From: Escherichia coli | GTDB lineage: Bacteria > Pseudomonadota > Gammaproteobacteria > Enterobacterales > Enterobacteriaceae | DNA: 32,000 bases | Reading direction: 5' to 3' (one strand) | Assembly (NCBI RefSeq): GCF_047782795.1 | Contig: NZ_CP180632.1 | Part shown: piece by piece, positions 26,585-32,000 of the stretch | Numbering within the stretch: the first letter of the stretch is position 1 | Layout of the letters: every line of letters starts with the position of its first letter | The notes under the pieces: generated by a model | Seen by the model: the letters and a program-made list of their open reading frames with translations, nothing else | The model's database searches: none | What the model was told of the DNA's origin: nothing | Program-made: the position numbers and the translations under genes

Positions 26585-26944
26585 ATGGTATCCGCACTCA
26601 TCACCGTCGCCGTTATCGCCTGGTGTGCGCAACTGGCCTTAGGCGGCTGGCAAATTTCTCGTTTTAACCGTGCCTTCGACACACTATGCCAGCAAGGTCG
26701 GGTTGGCGTGGGCCGTTCCAGCGGGCGCTTTAAACCGCGGGTCGTGGTCGCCATCGCGCTGGACGATCAGCAGCGTATCGTCGATACCTTGTTTATGAAA
26801 GGACTGACCGTCTTCGCACGACCGCAAAAAATTCCCGCAATTACCGGCATGCATGCGGGTGATTTACAGCCCGATGTGATCTTTCCCCATGATCCACTAT
26901 CACAGAATGCTCTATCATTGGCGCTTAAACTGAAACGTGGATAA
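26585..26944 (+). CDS. gutM: Glucitol operon activator
   Basis: 119-aa ORF MVSALITVAVIAWCAQLALGGWQISRFNRAFDTLCQQGRVGVGR... Confidence 0.94.
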   Translation: MVSALITVAVIAWCAQLALGGWQISRFNRAFDTLCQQGRVGVGRSSGRFKPRVVVAIALDDQQRIVDTLFMKGLTVFARPQKIPAITGMHAGDLQPDVIFPHDPLSQNALSLALKLKRG

Positions 26945-27010
26945 TTTCGTTGTGAATGTTACTTGCTTGCGAAGTTATCATTTTGAAACCTAAATCAGGT
27001 AATCACGCCC

Positions 27011-27784
27011 ATGAAACCTCGTCAGCGTCAGGCCGCCATTCTGGAGTATCTGCAAAAGCAGGGTAAATGCTCGGTTGAAGAATTGGCGCAATACTTTGAC
27101 ACCACAGGCACAACCATTCGCAAAGATCTGGTCATTCTGGAACATGCCGGAACCGTCATTCGTACTTATGGCGGAGTGGTGTTGAATAAAGAGGAATCCG
27201 ATCCGCCTATCGATCATAAAACACTCATCAACACCCACAAGAAAGAGCTGATTGCAGAAGCTGCCGTTAGTTTTATCCATGATGGCGATTCGATCATTCT
27301 TGATGCTGGCAGTACCGTTTTGCAGATGGTTCCCCTGCTCTCGCGCTTTAATAACATCACGGTGATGACCAACAGCCTGCATATCGTCAATGCGCTATCC
27401 GAACTGGATAACGAACAAACTATCCTGATGCCAGGCGGAACGTTTCGTAAAAAATCGGCCTCATTTCACGGGCAGCTGGCAGAGAATGCCTTCGAGCATT
27501 TCACCTTCGATAAATTGTTTATGGGCACCGACGGCATCGATCTCAATGCGGGCGTAACCACGTTCAACGAGGTTTATACCGTCAGTAAGGCAATGTGCAA
27601 TGCCGCGCGCGAAGTGATTTTGATGGCGGACTCATCAAAGTTTGGCCGTAAAAGCCCCAACGTAGTTTGCAGTCTTGAAAGCGTCGATAAGCTGATTACC
27701 GACGCAGGTATCGATCCGGCGTTTCGTCAGGCGCTGGAAGAGAAAGGGATCGATGTGATCATAACCGGAGAGAGCAATGAGTGA
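27011..27784 (+). CDS. srlR: Glucitol operon repressor (DeoR family)
   Basis: 257-aa [47 protein letters not shown]... (DeoR HTH). Confidence 0.95.
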
Positions 27785-28742
27785 AGCACTACTGAACGCG
27801 GGACGTCAGACGTTAATGCTGGAGTTGCAGGAAGCAAGCCGATTACCGGAACGTCTGGGCGATGACTTTGTTCGCGCCGCCAATATCATCCTGCACTGCG
27901 AAGGCAAAGTGGTGGTTTCGGGAATTGGCAAATCGGGCCACATTGGTAAGAAAATCGCCGCAACACTTGCCAGTACCGGCACACCGGCTTTTTTTGTCCA
28001 TCCGGCAGAGGCACTGCACGGCGATCTGGGGATGATTGAAAGCCGCGATGTGATGCTGTTTATCTCTTACTCCGGTGGCGCGAAGGAACTGGATCTGATT
28101 ATTCCGCGTCTGGAAGATAAATCTAACGCGCTGCTGGCGATGACCGGCAAACCGACGTCACCGCTGGGCCTGGCGGCAAAAGCGGTGCTTGATATCTCCG
28201 TAGAACGCGAAGCCTGCCCGATGCACCTTGCGCCGACCTCCAGCACCGTCAATACCCTGATGATGGGTGACGCGCTGGCGATGGCGGTCATGCAGGCGCG
28301 CGGATTTAATGAAGAAGATTTTGCCCGCTCCCACCCAGCCGGGGCACTGGGCGCTCGCTTGCTGAATAAAGTGCATCATCTGATGCGCCGTGACGATGCC
28401 ATCCCACAGGTGGCGTTAACCGCCAGCGTGATGGATGCGATGCTGGAACTCAGCCGCACCGGTCTGGGGCTGGTGGCGGTATGTGACGCTCAACAACAGG
28501 TACAAGGCGTCTTTACCGACGGCGATTTACGTCGCTGGCTGGTTGGCGGCGGCGCACTCACCACGCCAGTTAATGAAGCGATGACGGTCGGCGGCACCAC
28601 GTTGCAATCGCAAAGTCGCGCCATCGACGCCAAAGAGATCCTGATGAAGCGCAAAATCACTGCCGCACCGGTGGTAGATGAAAACGGCAAACTCACCGGC
28701 GCAATTAACCTGCAGGATTTCTATCAGGCCGGGATTATTTAA
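27777..28742 (+). CDS. gutQ: D-arabinose 5-phosphate isomerase (SIS + CBS domains)
   Basis: 321-aa ORF with the SIS motif [41 protein letters not shown]. Confidence 0.95.
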
Positions 28743-30253
28743 TCCTTCATTCCCAGACGTTTCGCCAGCCGATGCAGGTTGGCGACGTCGGTTTCCAGCA
28801 TCCGCGCGCAGGCAGCCCAGTTGTGATGATTTTGTGCCAGCGCCTGACGAATAGTTTCACGCTGGAACGCTTCTGTCGCTTCACGCAGGTTTTGCTTAAC
28901 AACGGGCACCGCCGCCGCTTCTGGCGGCGGCAACGTCACCTCAGGAAAAGCAAAATGTTGCGCCTCAAGAATCACTTCATCGCCGTTGCGGGTGGCTCTC
29001 GACAGCACTACCGCCCGATGAATAGCATGTTCCAGTTCGCGCACGTTCCCCGGAAAACGATAGTGTTGCAGTAAATTTCGCGCTCCGGCACTTAATACCA
29101 CGCGGGAGAGCCCCAGCCGCAAACGACACTGCTCGCAGAAATACCCCGCCAGCAGAATGACATCATCGCCCCGCTCACGCAGCGGCGGCACCGAAAGTGG
29201 AAACACGCTCAGGCGATGAAACAAGTCAGCGCGAAATCGCCCTGCCAGCACCTCTTCGCGTAAGTCGCGGTTAGTCGCCGCCAGCACGCGCACATCGACC
29301 CGCAAACTGCGGTCATCGCCAACGCGCTGAATATCGCCATACTGCAACACCCTCAGCAGCTTGGCCTGCAATGCCAACGACAACTCGCCGATCTCATCCA
29401 GAAACAGAGTGCCGTTATCCGCCATTTCAAACTTCCCGCTGCGGTTACTGATAGCGCCAGTAAACGCTCCTTTCACATGCCCGAACAGTTCACTTTCCGC
29501 CACACTTTCCGGCAGTGCGGCACAGTTGAGATAGACCAGCGGATTCACCGCCCGTGGCGAGGCTTCATGAATCGCTTTCGCCACCAGCTCCTTACCGGTT
29601 CCCGTCTCACCGCTGATCAGGACGTTGAGATCGGACGCCGCCACAATCTCAATCTCTTTTTTCAGTTGCGTCATGCCAGGGGACAAGCCAATCATCTGCG
29701 TCTGTTTCACCGCTTCAAACGGCGTGGCATCGCCTGGCATCATATTCTGGCTTTCCAGTTGTTCAATCAGCAACGCATTGCTTAACGCTCCCGCCGCCAG
29801 CGCAGCAATCAGCCGTAGCTCTTCGTCGCTGAAAACATCGAACTGATCGGGCTGCATCCCGTCGAGCGTCAGTGCGCCGATCAGGTTTTGCCCGGCAAAC
29901 AATGGCAGACCAACGCAGGCGTGAACCTTCAGACTCTCCTGCCCAGGAATCAAACCGTCATAGGGATCGGGCAATTCGCTGTCTGCGGGAAAGCGCACCA
30001 CATCCCCGGCGCGGGCAATCGCTTCCAGCCGTGGATGCCCTTCCAGCGCAAAGCGTCTACCGAGTACATCCTTTGCCAGACCGTCGATGGCAAGCGGAAT
30101 AAACTGCCGCGAATCGTAACGTAGCAACGCAGACGCATCGCACTCCAGCACCTGACGTAGCGTGGTGATCAGGCGCTGAAAACGATCCTGATGACCAATC
30201 CCACGCTGCAATTCGATGGCGATATTCGCCAGCACATCAACGGAAAAACTCAT
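28739..30253 (-). CDS. norR: Sigma54-dependent NO-responsive transcriptional activator
   Basis: The start is taken at [18 protein letters not shown] (504 aa), with a GAF domain, an AAA+ domain ([14 protein letters not shown]) and a C-terminal HTH. The ORF-track start is 75 nt further upstream. Confidence 0.93.
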   Translation of the reverse strand: MSFSVDVLANIAIELQRGIGHQDRFQRLITTLRQVLECDASALLRYDSRQFIPLAIDGLAKDVLGRRFALEGHPRLEAIARAGDVVRFPADSELPDPYDGLIPGQESLKVHACVGLPLFAGQNLIGALTLDGMQPDQFDVFSDEELRLIAALAAGALSNALLIEQLESQNMMPGDATPFEAVKQTQMIGLSPGMTQLKKEIEIVAASDLNVLISGETGTGKELVAKAIHEASPRAVNPLVYLNCAALPESVAESELFGHVKGAFTGAISNRSGKFEMADNGTLFLDEIGELSLALQAKLLRVLQYGDIQRVGDDRSLRVDVRVLAATNRDLREEVLAGRFRADLFHRLSVFPLSVPPLRERGDDVILLAGYFCEQCRLRLGLSRVVLSAGARNLLQHYRFPGNVRELEHAIHRAVVLSRATRNGDEVILEAQHFAFPEVTLPPPEAAAVPVVKQNLREATEAFQRETIRQALAQNHHNWAACARMLETDVANLHRLAKRLGMKD

Positions 30254-30265
30254 CTTTGCCTCACT

Positions 30266-30321
30266 GTCAATTTGACTATAGATATTGTCATATCGACCAT
30301 TTGATTGATAGTCATTTTGAC
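30266..30321. promoter_or_regulatory. Three NorR enhancer sites (GT-N7-AC)
   Basis: gtcaatttgac (30266-30276), gtcatatcgac (30287-30297) and gtcattttgac (30311-30321), in the norR-norV divergent region. Confidence 0.75.
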
Positions 30322-30376
30322 TACTCATTAATGAGCATACTTTTATTTATATAGTAAAAACAATCAGATAAAAAAC

Positions 30377-30392
30377 TGGCACGCAATCTGCA
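30377..30392 (+). promoter_or_regulatory. Sigma54 (-24/-12) promoter of norVW
   Basis: TGGCAC-gcaat-cTGCA, about 50 nt upstream of the norV ATG. Confidence 0.8.
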
Positions 30393-30439
30393 ATTAGCAA
30401 GACATCTTTTTAGAACACGCTGAATAAATTGAGGTTGCT

Positions 30440-31879
30440 ATGTCTATTGTGGTGAAAAATAACATTCATTGGGTTGGTCAACGTGACTGGGAAGTGCGTG
30501 ATTTTCACGGCACGGAATATAAAACGCTGCGCGGCAGCAGTTACAACAGCTACCTCATCCGCGAAGAAAAAAACGTGCTGATCGACACCGTCGACCATAA
30601 ATTCAGCCGCGAATTTGTGCAGAACCTGCGTAATGAAATCGATCTGGCGGATATCGATTACATCGTGATTAACCATGCAGAAGAGGACCACGCTGGGGCG
30701 CTGACCGAACTGATGGCGCAAATTCCCGATACGCCGATCTACTGTACTGCCAACGCTATCGACTCGATAAATGGTCATCACCATCATCCGGAGTGGAATT
30801 TTAATGTGGTGAAAACTGGCGACACGCTGGATATCGGCAACGGCAAACAGCTCATTTTTGTCGAAACACCAATGCTGCACTGGCCGGACAGCATGATGAC
30901 TTACCTGACAGGCGACGCGGTGCTGTTCAGTAACGATGCTTTCGGTCAGCACTACTGCGACGAGCATCTGTTCAACGATGAAGTGGATCAGACGGAGCTT
31001 TTCGAGCAGTGCCAGCGTTACTACGCCAATATCCTGACGCCGTTCAGCCGCCTGGTAACGCCGAAAATTACCGAGATCCTGGGCTTTAACTTACCAGTCG
31101 ATATGATAGCGACCTCCCACGGCGTGGTCTGGCGCGATAACCCGACGCAAATTGTCGAGCTGTACCTGAAGTGGGCCGCTGATTATCAGGAAGACAGAAT
31201 CACCATTTTCTACGACACCATGTCGAATAACACCCGCATGATGGCTGACGCTATCGCCCAGGGAATTGCGGAAACCGACCCACGCGTGGCGGTGAAAATT
31301 TTCAACGTCGCCCGAAGCGATAAAAACGAAATCCTGACCAATGTCTTCCGCTCAAAAGGCGTGCTGGTCGGCACTTCGACGATGAATAACGTGATGATGC
31401 CGAAAATCGCCGGGCTGGTGGAGGAGATGACTGGTTTACGCTTCCGTAACAAACGCGCCAGTGCTTTCGGCTCTCACGGCTGGAGCGGCGGTGCGGTGGA
31501 TCGTCTTTCCACGCGCCTGCAGGATGCGGGTTTCGAAATGTCGCTTAGCCTGAAAGCCAAATGGCGACCAGACCAGGACGCTCTGGAGTTATGTCGTGAA
31601 CACGGTCGCGAAATCGCCCGTCAGTGGGCGCTCGCGCCGCTGCCGCAGAGCACGGTGAATACGGTGGTTAAAGAAGAAACCTCTGCCACCACGACGGCTG
31701 ACCTCGGCCCACGGATGCAGTGCAGCGTCTGCCAGTGGATTTACGATCCGGCAAAAGGCGAGCCAATGCAGGACGTTGCGCCAGGAACGCCGTGGAGTGA
31801 AGTCCCGGATAACTTCCTCTGCCCGGAATGCTCCCTCGGCAAAGACGTCTTTGAAGAACTGGCATCGGAGGCAAAATGA
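30440..31879 (+). CDS. norV: Anaerobic NO reductase flavorubredoxin
   Basis: 479-aa [27 protein letters not shown]... with a C-terminal rubredoxin CSVCQW...CPEC. Confidence 0.96.
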   Translation: MSIVVKNNIHWVGQRDWEVRDFHGTEYKTLRGSSYNSYLIREEKNVLIDTVDHKFSREFVQNLRNEIDLADIDYIVINHAEEDHAGALTELMAQIPDTPIYCTANAIDSINGHHHHPEWNFNVVKTGDTLDIGNGKQLIFVETPMLHWPDSMMTYLTGDAVLFSNDAFGQHYCDEHLFNDEVDQTELFEQCQRYYANILTPFSRLVTPKITEILGFNLPVDMIATSHGVVWRDNPTQIVELYLKWAADYQEDRITIFYDTMSNNTRMMADAIAQGIAETDPRVAVKIFNVARSDKNEILTNVFRSKGVLVGTSTMNNVMMPKIAGLVEEMTGLRFRNKRASAFGSHGWSGGAVDRLSTRLQDAGFEMSLSLKAKWRPDQDALELCREHGREIARQWALAPLPQSTVNTVVKEETSATTTADLGPRMQCSVCQWIYDPAKGEPMQDVAPGTPWSEVPDNFLCPECSLGKDVFEELASEAK

Positions 31880-32000
31880 GTAACGGCATTGTGATCATCG
31901 GTTCGGGCTTCGCCGCCCGCCAACTGGTGAAAAATATTCGCAAACAGGACGCCACTATTCCATTAACCCTGATTGCCGCCGACAGCATGGATGAGTACAA
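31876..32000 (+). CDS. norW: NADH:flavorubredoxin reductase, N-terminal fragment (runs off the window)
   Basis: The ATG overlaps the norV stop (ATGA). The product begins [41 protein letters not shown], with the GSGFAA dinucleotide-binding motif. Confidence 0.9.
   Translation, partial: MSNGIVIIGSGFAARQLVKNIRKQDATIPLTLIAADSMDEY

Noticed and set aside
30410-30967. 185-aa minus-strand ORF overlapping the 5' part of norV
   Set aside because: It is antisense to the clearly recognisable flavorubredoxin gene and starts inside the norV promoter/UTR with no RBS.

Overview
E. coli-type chromosomal segment with the backbone order emrB(3' end)-luxS-micA-gshA-yqaA-yqaB-[argQ argZ argY argV serV tRNAs]-csrA-alaS-recX-recA-pncC-mltB-srlA-srlE-srlB // srlD-gutM-srlR-gutQ-norR-norV-norW(5' end). 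The backbone looks ordinary. The exception is an 11,563-bp insertion (14126-25688) that splits the normally 3-nt srlB/srlD junction. Its phage genes are all on the minus strand. It is an Ff/IKe-like filamentous (inovirus) prophage with the order recombinase - tiny ORF - gII(rep) - gV - gVII - gIX - gVIII - gIII - gVI - gI - traX-like - GC-rich tandem repeat - gIV, followed by an AT-rich small-ORF module on the opposite strand. The most interesting reading is that the prophage uses an IS110-family (DEDD + Ser) recombinase as its integration module. That gene has a 186-nt 5' leader that abuts the host junction and carries short guide-like matches to both the srl target and the phage ends, so it is a candidate bridge RNA. 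The insert is bounded by the dinucleotide CT on the recombinase strand, and a sigma70-like promoter would be assembled only on the excised circle. Other notable points are a TraX (F-pilin acetylase)-like membrane protein inside the morphogenesis block, a 339-bp diverged tandem repeat with conserved hairpins, a perfect 92-bp tandem duplication that frameshifts the replication gene, and a glycine-rich 51-nt repeat array in gIII. No CRISPR array or rRNA was seen. All family assignments come from reading the translations and from memory of reference proteins. No database search was possible.
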